64,000 nucleotides of DNA, from contig CAZFRA010000002.1 of NCBI GenBank assembly GCA_964521165.1, forward strand, positions 2,320 through 66,319. The letters run 5' to 3'. Both the position numbers and the translations under genes were made by a program. Below the pieces are notes generated by a model that was given only the letters and a program-made list of their open reading frames with translations, made no database searches and was not told the DNA's origin. Of the stretch, positions 17,171 through 26,329 are shown piece after piece (position 1 is the first letter of the stretch; every line of letters starts with the position of its first letter). The stretch comes from an uncultured Lachnospiraceae bacterium. GTDB taxonomy: Bacteria > Bacillota > Clostridia > Christensenellales > UBA1242.

Positions 17171-18022
17171 CTATCTTGCAAAAAAATCTTCAACTTGTTT
17201 GTAATAAAAGGTGATAACTTGCAAAATTCTGTTGCCAAAAGAATAGTCATACACAATAATGTCCACACATCCCACCACTATGCTGGCGCTTATAAACCCG
17301 TTTGAGCGACTGTCGGAAGAAGAATATCTGTTATCGCCAACGCAGAAGAGAGAATCTTCTGGTACTCTAACATAAACTATACCATTTGTGGAAACGAAAA
17401 GGTCGTTCGAATCGGCAGTTTGTATGATTTTGTCATAAAAATTTCCTTCGTAGGTATATCCGTTGTAACTTATACCGGTTAGGTAACTCCAAGCGTCATA
17501 GTCAATTGAGTAGTTAAAAGATGAAGAGTTTTCGCGCAAAATAGCGTTTGCATCGTCAAGTAAACTCCCAGTTGCCACGCCGTCATCGTTCAAAATGATG
17601 CTTTCGCTCGGAATGCGGTATATATGATATGAGCCTTCGCTCCGAACAATGCTGACATAATCTCCAGCAGTGCCAAGTATGCGCTTGATAATGTAATTGC
17701 TTTTATACGATGGAATGTTGGATGTGTCTAAAACGACAATATTGCCAAAATCGGGTGAGTCGTATATGTTCACATACACAGCATCCTTACTGTCTGATTC
17801 CAAAAGGGTGCCACTGTTGAGTGTTGGTTGCATCGAAGTTCCTTCCACAATATAATATCGGTGCGTGACAAAAAACCAGGTATACCACGCGAAAAAAATA
17901 AGAAAGAAGATAAGGGCGATATATAATATGATATGCGTCGTTAAATACCACGCAATTGAACGTGTTTCTTTCCGTCTTTTTTCTTTACTATATTGAATGT
18001 ATTCTTCGTTATGGAAGTTCAA
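17171..18022 (-). CDS. lepB: Signal peptidase I (S26 family) with an enlarged non-catalytic insert
   Basis: Motifs EGTSMQPTL (Ser box), KRILGTAGD (Lys box) and GDNRYSSSDSR. Preferred start is TTG 18022, preceded by AAGGAGAG and overlapping the queH TGA (TTGA). The track start at 18055 is also TTG. Confidence 0.9.
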   Translation of the reverse strand: MNFHNEEYIQYSKEKRRKETRSIAWYLTTHIILYIALIFFLIFFAWYTWFFVTHRYYIVEGTSMQPTLNSGTLLESDSKDAVYVNIYDSPDFGNIVVLDTSNIPSYKSNYIIKRILGTAGDYVSIVRSEGSYHIYRIPSESIILNDDGVATGSLLDDANAILRENSSSFNYSIDYDAWSYLTGISYNGYTYEGNFYDKIIQTADSNDLFVSTNGIVYVRVPEDSLFCVGDNRYSSSDSRSNGFISASIVVGCVDIIVYDYSFGNRILQVITFYYKQVEDFFAR

Positions 18023-18558
18023 TTTTCTCTCCTTATTGAAAATCGGCAGCCACAATAGTTTTGGCGATAAATCTCGAGTTCTTTGGACAGGTTGATACTT
18101 CTAAGATAACCGTCCTTTTTCTTGAAATTTTCTTCTAAATATATTATATCATACTTTTTCTCAATTTCTTTGCCGACTTTGTTGATGATATTTGTCGATT
18201 TATGTGGGCTTACCGTGAGTGTCGTGCCAAAAATGTCAAAATTTCCCTCTTTCGCCTTTTTCGCGGTTTCGTTCAAGCGATATTCAAAACATTTTTCGCA
18301 GCGTGCGCCGCCTTCTCTTTCTTGTTCGAGCCCTTTCACAAAGTTTAGCCACTTTTTTTCGTCACATTCTCCGTCCAAAATTTCAATACCAAAGTGTTTG
18401 CAAACGCGCTTCTGATTTTCCTTTCGTTTGAGATACTCTTCGTGCGGATAAATGTTTGGGTTGTAATAAAAGACGGTCAAGTCGTATTCGTCTTTTAACC
18501 GTTCAATACAAACAGTGGAACAAGGGCCACAGCAAGAGTGGAGCAAAAGTCTTTTCAT
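18019..18558 (-). CDS. queH: Epoxyqueuosine reductase QueH (DUF208)
   Basis: MKRLLLHSCCGPCS N-terminus, CEKCFEYRL, YCGCRFS C-terminal Cys cluster. ATG 18558 is preferred over the alternative start at 18579. Confidence 0.85.
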   Translation of the reverse strand: MKRLLLHSCCGPCSTVCIERLKDEYDLTVFYYNPNIYPHEEYLKRKENQKRVCKHFGIEILDGECDEKKWLNFVKGLEQEREGGARCEKCFEYRLNETAKKAKEGNFDIFGTTLTVSPHKSTNIINKVGKEIEKKYDIIYLEENFKKKDGYLRSINLSKELEIYRQNYCGCRFSIRREN

Positions 18559-18567
18559 AACTAGCAA

Positions 18568-18596
18568 AGTATACCACAAACAGGGAAAATTTGTAA
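18568..18596 (-). promoter_or_regulatory. queH promoter with a very short leader
   Basis: Minus strand: TTACAA (18596-18591), 17 nt, TGgTATACT (18576-18568), 9 nt, ATG 18558. No SD. Confidence 0.5.
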
Positions 18597-18769
18597 AGTA
18601 TATTTTTATTTTTTGATGGAAGATGTTTTTTCTTTTGTGGTATTTTCAATTTTTAGAAAATATAAAAATATTAAAAAAACTCTAAAATGCTAAAAAATTA
18701 AGAAAAAAACCGATTTTTTTTGTTTTTTTTGATAATTTTAGTCATTTTTTAAAAAACAAAATGCTGAAA

Positions 18770-19372
18770 TTATTCAGCATCTGTGTTTTCTTTTTCCATA
18801 TCGATGATGATAAATCCTTGTGGTGCGGTGCAAAGTGGGCACTCTTTGAAACTTTCTTTTGCGTTTTCCACATATCCGCAAACCGAACACTTCCACTTGG
18901 TCGGCTCTTTGCGTTTATACATACTGTGATTTTTGTATAGGTTGCCTAGATAGTTGAGTATATGATGATGAGTTTCTTCCACTCGTGCCACCAATTCAAA
19001 AGTTTTACCAATGTCGTTAAAGCCTTCGTCATATGCAATTTTGGCAAAAGACGGATAGATGTTTTTCGCTTCTGAAAGTTCGATGAGCGCCTCGCCAAGA
19101 AGAGAAGTTTTGAGTTCTGGACTCTCGAAAGGATATCCGGCTTCAATTGAAACGTTTTTACACTTACCAGCAGATTTTTCGATGATGTAGTCATAAAAAA
19201 CCTTTGCGTGAGCCATTTCGTTTTTCGCCAGCGTTTTCATTGTGTCTGAAAGAAATTTTTGACTGTCTTGCAGCGCCATTTTGCTCATAAATTGATAGCG
19301 CGCGCCCGCTTGACATTCTGCCGAAAAACTTCTTGCAAGGTTTATTTTTGTTACACTTTCATTAAAATCCAT
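18770..19372 (-). CDS. rbr: Rubrerythrin
   Basis: Ferritin-like diiron helices (NEMAHAKVF, VEETHHHIL) plus a C-terminal rubredoxin-like CSVCG...CPLC. AAAGGAGAA SD. The terminator hairpin GCTGAA/TTCAGC overlaps the stop codon. Confidence 0.9.
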   Translation of the reverse strand: MDFNESVTKINLARSFSAECQAGARYQFMSKMALQDSQKFLSDTMKTLAKNEMAHAKVFYDYIIEKSAGKCKNVSIEAGYPFESPELKTSLLGEALIELSEAKNIYPSFAKIAYDEGFNDIGKTFELVARVEETHHHILNYLGNLYKNHSMYKRKEPTKWKCSVCGYVENAKESFKECPLCTAPQGFIIIDMEKENTDAE

Positions 19373-19468
19373 ATTTTTTCTCCTTTAAATAATAATTGCC
19401 TAAATTATCTTTAATATTCATTTGCTTTTTTTCTTTTTTTTGTTTACAATATAGGAAAGGGGGCTCGT

Positions 19469-20248
19469 ATGTTATTAGGAGATAACGGAAAACCATCCAA
19501 GAATCCGACGATAAGGAAAAATTATTATCTCATTATCGACGACGAAAGGATGACAATCAACAAACTTGTAGCAAAACTTGGATTTTATTCCGTCCGCTTT
19601 GATAAAAAAATAATTGAACGTGAAATCGTCTACGACACCGACGCCAAACTTTTAACCGGCGTTGGACTTAATTTGCGCAAAAAAATAATGCCGGATAGGG
19701 CATATTTTTCGCTGGTGAGAGTCAACAGTTTGACTTCGTCTTTGCAACTTCGCGAGAAAAAATCTTTCCTTGGGAATTGCGAAATTAATGACGAGCCAAG
19801 TGATTTTCCAACGCAAATCGCCGATGCAATTGATAACATTTTCAACAATCTTTTTACTGTCAATTTGGTTGATATCGTGAAGCACACAACACCATATATT
19901 GATATCACAATTCGGGGGAATGAATATAAAATTGTCAGCGGAACTGGCTACGAAATTTCCGCATCGTTTGAAGATTTAAAAATTAAGGATATGAGAACGG
20001 GAAGAAAGGGTAGAAAACGAATCTTCTCACTCAAAATGGAAGAAGACCCAGAATTTGAAATGGAAAGAAATCAAGTGGAAGAAGTTATTGCAAGATATTG
20101 CAAGGAACTTGCGCCTACCTTAAAAAATCGTTTTGAAATCTCAGAAACTGTTGTTAAAACTGTGGAATTATCTCCAGAAGAAATTAAGAAACAAAAAGAA
20201 GAGATGAAAGCAAGAAAAAAAGAAAAAAAGAAAAAACAAGAAGAATAG
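19469..20248 (+). CDS. CYTH-like (triphosphate tunnel) domain protein with a Lys/Glu-rich tail
   Basis: IEREIVYDTDAKLLTGVGLNLRKK resembles the CYTH ExExK plus YFDT..L...G..LR.R N-terminal strands. The acidic/basic tail is KKQKEEMKARKKEKKKKQEE. GGGGG SD. Confidence 0.55.
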   Translation: MLLGDNGKPSKNPTIRKNYYLIIDDERMTINKLVAKLGFYSVRFDKKIIEREIVYDTDAKLLTGVGLNLRKKIMPDRAYFSLVRVNSLTSSLQLREKKSFLGNCEINDEPSDFPTQIADAIDNIFNNLFTVNLVDIVKHTTPYIDITIRGNEYKIVSGTGYEISASFEDLKIKDMRTGRKGRKRIFSLKMEEDPEFEMERNQVEEVIARYCKELAPTLKNRFEISETVVKTVELSPEEIKKQKEEMKARKKEKKKKQEE

Positions 20249-20253
20249 AAAAG

Positions 20254-20285
20254 TCGAAAAAATCAATTTTTTTCGATTTTTTTTT
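20254..20285 (+). terminator. Rho-independent terminator
   Basis: Stem TCGAAAAAA (20254-20262) / TTTTTTCGA (20268-20276), 5-nt loop, T-run 20277-20285. Confidence 0.75.
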
Positions 20286-20445
20286 AAATTTTTATTACAA
20301 TTTGTAGCGTTTTTTGCTTCTTGAGAAATGTGTATTTTTTATTGAGTTTATTAAATTTTTTCATAAATATTTACTAAATGAAAGTTTGTTTTTAAAAGTT
20401 TTAAAAAATGAAATAAAACTCCCGCTTTTTTTCATATAATCTTTT

Positions 20446-21918
20446 ATGGAAAAAAAGAAATTAGGCTTTTGGACAAAACTATCGTATGGTATTGGCAATC
20501 TTGGATATGGCAGTATGGGGCAAACCGTCAATTCTTTTATTATGTTTTTTGCAACTTCAGTTATGGGGTTATCCGGTGTATTGGTCGGCGCGACGATTGC
20601 CGTGACTTCGCTTTGGGATGGTTTGTCCGACCCTATCATAGGTTATTTTTCGGACAGAGCAAAAAATAAATTTTTTGGGCGAAGGCTTTTATATATGCTT
20701 ATCGCCACTTTTTTGCTTGCCATTTGCAACATCTTGCTTTGGACGTGCCCAATTGAAAAAGGCTCGTCGCTTGCCATTGTTTGGCTGATGTTTTTTCTTT
20801 TATTGCAAGAAACTTTTAACACATTTTTTGCTACGCCGTATTCCGCACTTTGCATAGATATTGCGCCGGACTATAACGAACAAACAAGAATGCAAAGTTT
20901 TAAATCGGTTTTTTACATTCTTGGGTTGATAATGCCGAGCATTTTAATGTATATCTTTATGCCATCGGCGAGCATTGGCTTGCAAACGCAATTCAATAAA
21001 GAAGGCTATATCTACATTGCTATTGTCAATTCACTTTTGGTGATTGTTTGTGGGCTTATTTCCGTTTTTGGCACGCGCAAACGAGTTATCTCAATGCCGA
21101 ACTATGACAAAAGCGCTTTTGAAGAAGAAAATGGAGAAAAAAAGGTGAAAAAGCAAGGTTTTGGCAAGATAATTGGCGGATATGTGGAAACTTTAAAGAA
21201 AAAAGAATTTCGCACAGTGATGCTGGGCTATTCCGTTTCGCTCATCGCGTCCATTTTCATAACTTCGGTTGGGATGCATCTGTTCACATTTTGCTACCAC
21301 TTTTCCAGTACGCAAATTTCGGTGATTATGATTTGTCTTTTTGGTGGGGCGATTTTGTCGCAACTACTTTGGGTGAATATGGTGAAAAAATACGACAAAA
21401 AGCAGACGCTCGTCTTTGCACTTTGCTTACTTTTGGTCGGGATTGCACTCACCAGCGTGACTTTTTTGTTTCGAACATATTGCAGTAGCGATTTCATTTT
21501 TTGGTTTGTTTTGCCGTGTATTTTCGTTTGCGGACTCGGTTCGGGCGCTCTTTACAGTCTACCACATTCTATGTATGCAGATGTTGTCACAATGGAGCAA
21601 TATAAGACAAAAGAAAATAACGCTGGGCGCTACACCGGCTATTACACTTTCACATATAACTTCACAAACTCGATAACACTACTCATTATTGGGCTTCTTT
21701 TGGATTTAATTAAATTCGACTCCACTGAACCAGTTCAAGCGCTGTCCGTGCAAGCGGGGCTTGGTAAAATTGTTTTTTTTGGCAGCGCGATAGCAATAAG
21801 CATTGCCATACTCATTTTTTCGACATACAAGATAAAGAGAGCGGATGTTTTGAAGGTGCAAATAAAGGAAATTGAAGAAAAATCGTTTGAAAATGTGAAA
21901 AAAAGAAACTCTAAGTGA
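20446..21918 (+). CDS. GPH-family (MelB/glycoside-pentoside-hexuronide) MFS transporter
   Basis: About 12 TM segments. N-terminal GPH signature LSYGIGNLG...WDGLSDPIIGYFSDRAKNKFFGRR. Confidence 0.85.
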   Translation: MEKKKLGFWTKLSYGIGNLGYGSMGQTVNSFIMFFATSVMGLSGVLVGATIAVTSLWDGLSDPIIGYFSDRAKNKFFGRRLLYMLIATFLLAICNILLWTCPIEKGSSLAIVWLMFFLLLQETFNTFFATPYSALCIDIAPDYNEQTRMQSFKSVFYILGLIMPSILMYIFMPSASIGLQTQFNKEGYIYIAIVNSLLVIVCGLISVFGTRKRVISMPNYDKSAFEEENGEKKVKKQGFGKIIGGYVETLKKKEFRTVMLGYSVSLIASIFITSVGMHLFTFCYHFSSTQISVIMICLFGGAILSQLLWVNMVKKYDKKQTLVFALCLLLVGIALTSVTFLFRTYCSSDFIFWFVLPCIFVCGLGSGALYSLPHSMYADVVTMEQYKTKENNAGRYTGYYTFTYNFTNSITLLIIGLLLDLIKFDSTEPVQALSVQAGLGKIVFFGSAIAISIAILIFSTYKIKRADVLKVQIKEIEEKSFENVKKRNSK

Positions 21919-21919
21919 G

Positions 21920-24154
21920 TTATTCACTAAAAAGTTTCTCCATTCTTTCTTCTTGATTTTTTAATAAATGCTTTAAAAGTGTGAAGCGAGTGGCGGTATA
22001 TTTATTCGAAACCATTCGTTTGAGATACTGCTTTTCGCCGACAATAACCACCATTCTCTTGGCACGGGTGACAGCGGTGTAGATAAGATTGCGGGTGAGA
22101 ATTATGCTTGGGCCGGCGATTGCTGGGATGATAATTGTGTCAAATTCCGAACCCTGACTTTTGTGAATTGTGATAGCGTAAGAAAGCGACAAATCAAGAA
22201 GGTCTGGGCGAGTGTATTGGCAAGTTCTGCCATCTTCAAATTCCACAACAAGTTCACTTGTTTGGGTGTCAATCAAGGAGATGTAGCCGATATCTCCATT
22301 AAAAACGCCCTGTCCTTCTTCTATGGCATATTTTCCTTGCTTCTTCCAAACAAGGTCATAATTGTTGGTGATTTGCATAACTTTATCGCCGAGACGGAAA
22401 ATAGTTTGTCCTACTTCAATTTGCGGTTTTAATTCGCTTTTTGGATTTATTTCTTCTTGCAGCGTTCGATTTAAATTTTCTATACCGCAAACACCAGCTT
22501 TCATTGGTACAAGGACCTGAATTTCTTTTGGTTCCACCTTTAAAAACTTCGGCAAGCGTTGAGTGACAAGGTCGACTATGGTATTTTTGATAATTTCGGG
22601 ATCGTTTTTGCTTTCAAAAAAGAAATCCATGCTTGTGTTGTCGATAAGTGGCATTTTGCCTTCGTTGATGAGATGGGCATTCGTGATTATCAAACTTTTT
22701 TCGCTTTGTCTAAATATTTTTGTCAGCATACAATACGGAATGACGCCACTTTCCAAAATATCAGCCAACACATTTCCGGGACCAACGCTTGGAAGTTGGT
22801 CTTTGTCGCCTACGAGAATAAGTTTACAGTCACGCGGAAGTGCTTTGAGAAGGTTACTCATCAGTGCACAGTCCACCATCGAGACTTCGTCAACAATCAC
22901 CGCATCAATTTTGAGTGGATTACTTTCGTTATGAATAAAAAAACTTTCGTTTGTTTTGATAACATTAACTTCCAAAAGGCGATGAATAGTTTTTGCTTCA
23001 CGACCAGTGGAATCACTCATTCTTTTGGAGGCTCTGCCTGTTGGTGCGACCATAGCGACACGCTTTTGCATATTTTCCAAAATTTCCAAAATACACTTAA
23101 TTATAGTTGTTTTTCCAGTACCGGGACCGCCGGTTATGACATAAACGCCGTTTTTAATTGCGCCTTTAATGGCATATATCTGTTCTTCGTGAAGTTGAAT
23201 TTTGTTTTTAAGTTGAAAATTTTCGATATCTTCGTCGACATTTGCATCTTCGGTCTTACTGCAATTTTTCAGCCAAGCCAATTTTTGTGCAATAGAATTT
23301 TCGTGATAATAATACCTTGCCAGCATAACGATTTCAGTTGATTCAAACCATAAAGTGACGCAAGTTTTGTCCAAACATAGCGTGTCAAAAGCGTGCGTGA
23401 AAAGGTCGCAATTTTCTTCCAAATCGAGATTGAGCGCCTTTGAACTTTCATCAAAAAGCATAACTTTTGGAAGATAAGTGTTTCCGTTTCGTTCGCAAGA
23501 AACCTTCAAAATGTGAATAAGCCCTGCTCTCACGCGAAATTCACTATTTTCAGGAATACCAATATTTTTGGCAATTCTGTCGGCGGTGGCAAAACCGATG
23601 CCATCAATATCTTCAATAAGTTTATATGGATTGTTCTTGACAATCTCCGTCGTTTTTTCTCGGTAAATATTGTAAATTTTGAGCGCCATATTGGTGGAGA
23701 TATTATAGGATTGCAAAAACATAATGGTGTTTTGCACTTCCTTATGTTCGCGATACGAAAAACCAATTTCTACTGCTTTTTTCTCGCTTATTCCACGAAT
23801 TTGAGATAATTTTTCCGGTGTATATTCCAAAACTTCTAAAGTGTCTTTGCCAAATCTTTCGACGATATGCTTTGCGGTTATCGGGCCGACGCCGCGGATT
23901 AGACCAGAGCCTAAATATTTCTCAATTCCGGCGATTGTTTTTGGCTGTGAGAGTTCATATGACGTGAAAGCATATTGCACGCCAAACTTCGAGCGTTCAA
24001 ACTTGCCTTCCAGTGAAACAGTGGCACCAACTTGGACATCGATAAACTTGCCAACAACCGTGACAAGAGAGCCGTCCTTTTCAAGTTTTGCGACAGTATA
24101 TCCATTTTCTTCGTTACGAAAAACGATATCTTCAATTGTTCCTATTAAAGCCAT
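21920..24154 (-). CDS. recD2: SF1B ATP-dependent DNA helicase RecD2
   Basis: N-terminal RITFxNEENGYTV-like OB region. HhH repeats (GIGFATADRIA, GVGPITAKHI). Walker A GGPGTGKTT, DEVSMVD, AITIHKSQGSEF, YTAVTRAKR. Confidence 0.9.
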   Translation of the reverse strand: MALIGTIEDIVFRNEENGYTVAKLEKDGSLVTVVGKFIDVQVGATVSLEGKFERSKFGVQYAFTSYELSQPKTIAGIEKYLGSGLIRGVGPITAKHIVERFGKDTLEVLEYTPEKLSQIRGISEKKAVEIGFSYREHKEVQNTIMFLQSYNISTNMALKIYNIYREKTTEIVKNNPYKLIEDIDGIGFATADRIAKNIGIPENSEFRVRAGLIHILKVSCERNGNTYLPKVMLFDESSKALNLDLEENCDLFTHAFDTLCLDKTCVTLWFESTEIVMLARYYYHENSIAQKLAWLKNCSKTEDANVDEDIENFQLKNKIQLHEEQIYAIKGAIKNGVYVITGGPGTGKTTIIKCILEILENMQKRVAMVAPTGRASKRMSDSTGREAKTIHRLLEVNVIKTNESFFIHNESNPLKIDAVIVDEVSMVDCALMSNLLKALPRDCKLILVGDKDQLPSVGPGNVLADILESGVIPYCMLTKIFRQSEKSLIITNAHLINEGKMPLIDNTSMDFFFESKNDPEIIKNTIVDLVTQRLPKFLKVEPKEIQVLVPMKAGVCGIENLNRTLQEEINPKSELKPQIEVGQTIFRLGDKVMQITNNYDLVWKKQGKYAIEEGQGVFNGDIGYISLIDTQTSELVVEFEDGRTCQYTRPDLLDLSLSYAITIHKSQGSEFDTIIIPAIAGPSIILTRNLIYTAVTRAKRMVVIVGEKQYLKRMVSNKYTATRFTLLKHLLKNQEERMEKLFSE

Positions 24155-24160
24155 AGTAAT

Positions 24161-24189
24161 ATTTTAGTGTTTTTTTACTCAAAAAGCAA
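24161..24189 (-). promoter_or_regulatory. Promoter abutting the recD2 start codon (leaderless candidate)
   Basis: Minus strand: TTGCTT (24189-24184), 17 nt, TAAAAT (24166-24161), 6 nt, ATG 24154. No SD. Confidence 0.55.
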
Positions 24190-24307
24190 GTGATAACAAA
24201 ATTTTGTTTATGAATTTTTAAAAGAAGGGGTAAAAATGGTGACATTTGCAAGATATCCGCCAAAAACAAAAAAATATAAAACAATTTTTGCTTTACCGTT
24301 AAAATAC

Positions 24308-24336
24308 TTGCAAAAATAAATTAGGTTTTGTATAAT
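24308..24336 (+). promoter_or_regulatory. Consensus promoter abutting the marR-like start codon (leaderless candidate)
   Basis: TTGCAA 24308-24313, 17 nt, TATAAT 24331-24336, 8 nt, ATG 24345. No SD. Confidence 0.6.
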
Positions 24337-24344
24337 AATTGTGT

Positions 24345-24728
24345 ATGAAAAATTATGAAAAAATAATTGAAATTGAAGCGCTGCTTGAAAATGTCACAAA
24401 ACATTGTGCCGAGAACAATCTTCTTCGAATGAAGATAATATATTTCATCTCGCAGTATAAAAATCTTTCGGTTGGGATGATAATTGACAAACTCGGTATC
24501 AAAAAATCCAACTTCGCACTTATGACTAAAGAATTGGAAAGAGAAGGTATCATCACTTCCAAGCAGGGCGAGATTGATAAGCGCTGTCGAATGTTATATT
24601 TAACCGAGAAAGGACAAAAGGAACTCAACGATTTCATCGAAAAAATTGGAAGATATTTTGATGAGAACGACCATGAAGTTGCCAAGGCGATTGAAGTTTT
24701 AAACTCCTATTTAAACAAAAAGATATAG
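24345..24728 (+). CDS. MarR-family transcriptional regulator
   Basis: wHTH: ISQYKNLSVGMIIDKLGIKKSNFALMTKELEREGIITSKQGEIDKRCRMLYLTEKG. Confidence 0.8.
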   Translation: MKNYEKIIEIEALLENVTKHCAENNLLRMKIIYFISQYKNLSVGMIIDKLGIKKSNFALMTKELEREGIITSKQGEIDKRCRMLYLTEKGQKELNDFIEKIGRYFDENDHEVAKAIEVLNSYLNKKI

Positions 24729-24788
24729 TAAAGTGGCAAAAATTGTCAGTCAAAAATAAATAACAACATAACCTTATAAGGAAATTTT

Positions 24789-26195
24789 ATGAATAAAGAT
24801 ATTAAGTTTTATAATTCTTTGACAAGGCAGAAAGAAAAGTTTGTGCCTTTAACTTGCGACAATGTTAAAATGTATGCTTGTGGCATCACGCCGTCTGCAG
24901 AAGCACACATCGGGCATTTGTATCAAGCACTCATATACGACATTATGCGTAAGTTTCTTCAAAAAATAGGATATAAAGTTGTCTATGCGCGAAACTACAC
25001 AGATGTCGATGACAAAATTATCGCGAAAAGCAACGAGTTAAATGTGCCGGCGAATGAGTATGCTGAAAAAATGATTAAAGAAATTGATAAAGAAATGCAG
25101 GCATTCCAAATAGGTGAGCCGGATATTTGGTTGTATGCGACAAAAACAATTCCTGAAATGATAAGTTTTATCGAAAAACTTATCGAAAAAGGTAAGGCGT
25201 ATGCGACACCGAACGGCGATGTCTATTTTTCAGTAGAAACTTTTAAGGGATATGGCAAACTTTCAGGCAGAAGAACGGAAGAAGCGCTTGATGGCGTGCG
25301 AATTGATAATGACGAATTTAAGAAAAATTCACTCGATTTCGCACTTTGGAAGTCGGCAAAGCAAGGTGAGCCATATTGGGACTCACCGTGGGGTAAAGGT
25401 CGACCGGGATGGCACATCGAATGCTCGGTAATGAACTATGTAACTTTTGGTGACCAAATTGATATTCATGGTGGCGGAAGAGATTTACTTTTTCCGCACC
25501 ACGAAAACGAAATCGCACAAACGGAGAGTTTAACAGGCGTTTCGTTTGCAAAGTATTGGATTCACAACGGACTTATTCGTGTGAACGGGCAGAAAATGAG
25601 CAAAAGTTTGGGTAATTCACTCCTTATGAAAGATTTGAGAGCGAATTACCACATTGAAGTTATTAAAATGGCGTTGCTTCAAAATTCTTATCACAGCGAT
25701 ATCAACATTACCGACAAACTTTTTCAAGATTCCGAGAAACATCTATATAATTTCTATAAAGTTATTTCACAAGCAGAAGAAAAATTTGGGAAACTGAATG
25801 GCGAAGATAAAAAAGTGGAAGAAGATTTTGATGAAGCAATGAGAGATGATTTAAACACATCAAAAGCACTGTCCTATCTTTTTAACATTTTTAAAGAAGC
25901 GAGAGAAAAGGTCGAAAAAGGCGATAAAGATACTCTTTCAACTTTGAATAGTGTTGTGAAAACATACTCTCTTTTAGGATTATTCCGAGAAAACCCGAAG
26001 AAATTTGTGGAAAATGTAGATAAAAAGTCGCAGGAGGAAATTCCGGAAGAAATAAAAAATTTGGCACAAAAAAGGTGGCAAGCGAAAAAAGAAAAGGATT
26101 TTGCTTTGGCGGACAGTTTAAGACAAGAAATTTTAAATAAAGGTTTTGAAATTAAAGACAGTAAAGACGGCTATGAGATTTTAAAACAAAATTAG
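24789..26195 (+). CDS. cysS: Cysteine--tRNA ligase
   Basis: HIGH (AHIGH) and KMSKS (QKMSKSLGN) motifs, zinc-site CGITP...WHIECS. AAGGAAA SD. Only 60 nt downstream of the marR-like gene. Confidence 0.97.
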   Translation: MNKDIKFYNSLTRQKEKFVPLTCDNVKMYACGITPSAEAHIGHLYQALIYDIMRKFLQKIGYKVVYARNYTDVDDKIIAKSNELNVPANEYAEKMIKEIDKEMQAFQIGEPDIWLYATKTIPEMISFIEKLIEKGKAYATPNGDVYFSVETFKGYGKLSGRRTEEALDGVRIDNDEFKKNSLDFALWKSAKQGEPYWDSPWGKGRPGWHIECSVMNYVTFGDQIDIHGGGRDLLFPHHENEIAQTESLTGVSFAKYWIHNGLIRVNGQKMSKSLGNSLLMKDLRANYHIEVIKMALLQNSYHSDINITDKLFQDSEKHLYNFYKVISQAEEKFGKLNGEDKKVEEDFDEAMRDDLNTSKALSYLFNIFKEAREKVEKGDKDTLSTLNSVVKTYSLLGLFRENPKKFVENVDKKSQEEIPEEIKNLAQKRWQAKKEKDFALADSLRQEILNKGFEIKDSKDGYEILKQN

Positions 26196-26329
26196 AATTT
26201 TTTATAAACTTGAAAATAAAAAAAGTAAATCAAAATTATTTTATAAATAGTTAACAAGGTATAATCTTTTAAAAAAACTTTAACTGTAAACAAAAATTTG
26301 ATTTTTACAAATGATTATTTGGAGAAAAA

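Noticed and set aside
18559-18769. Riboswitch or leader candidates: preQ1 upstream of queH, T-box upstream of cysS (24729-24788), M-box upstream of the P-type ATPase (30176-30303).
   Set aside because: The predicted promoters sit within 10 nt of the start codons, or the spacer is only 60 nt. That leaves no room for these structured leaders, and I could find none of their conserved cores by eye.
24236-24319. 27-aa basic micro-ORF (MVTFARYPPKTKKYKTIFALPLKYLQK) with a GAAGGGG SD upstream of the marR-like gene.
   Set aside because: It overlaps the marR -35 box and lies in an A-rich spacer where Lys-rich ORFs arise by chance. It has no recognisable family. I cannot support it without conservation or Ribo-seq data.
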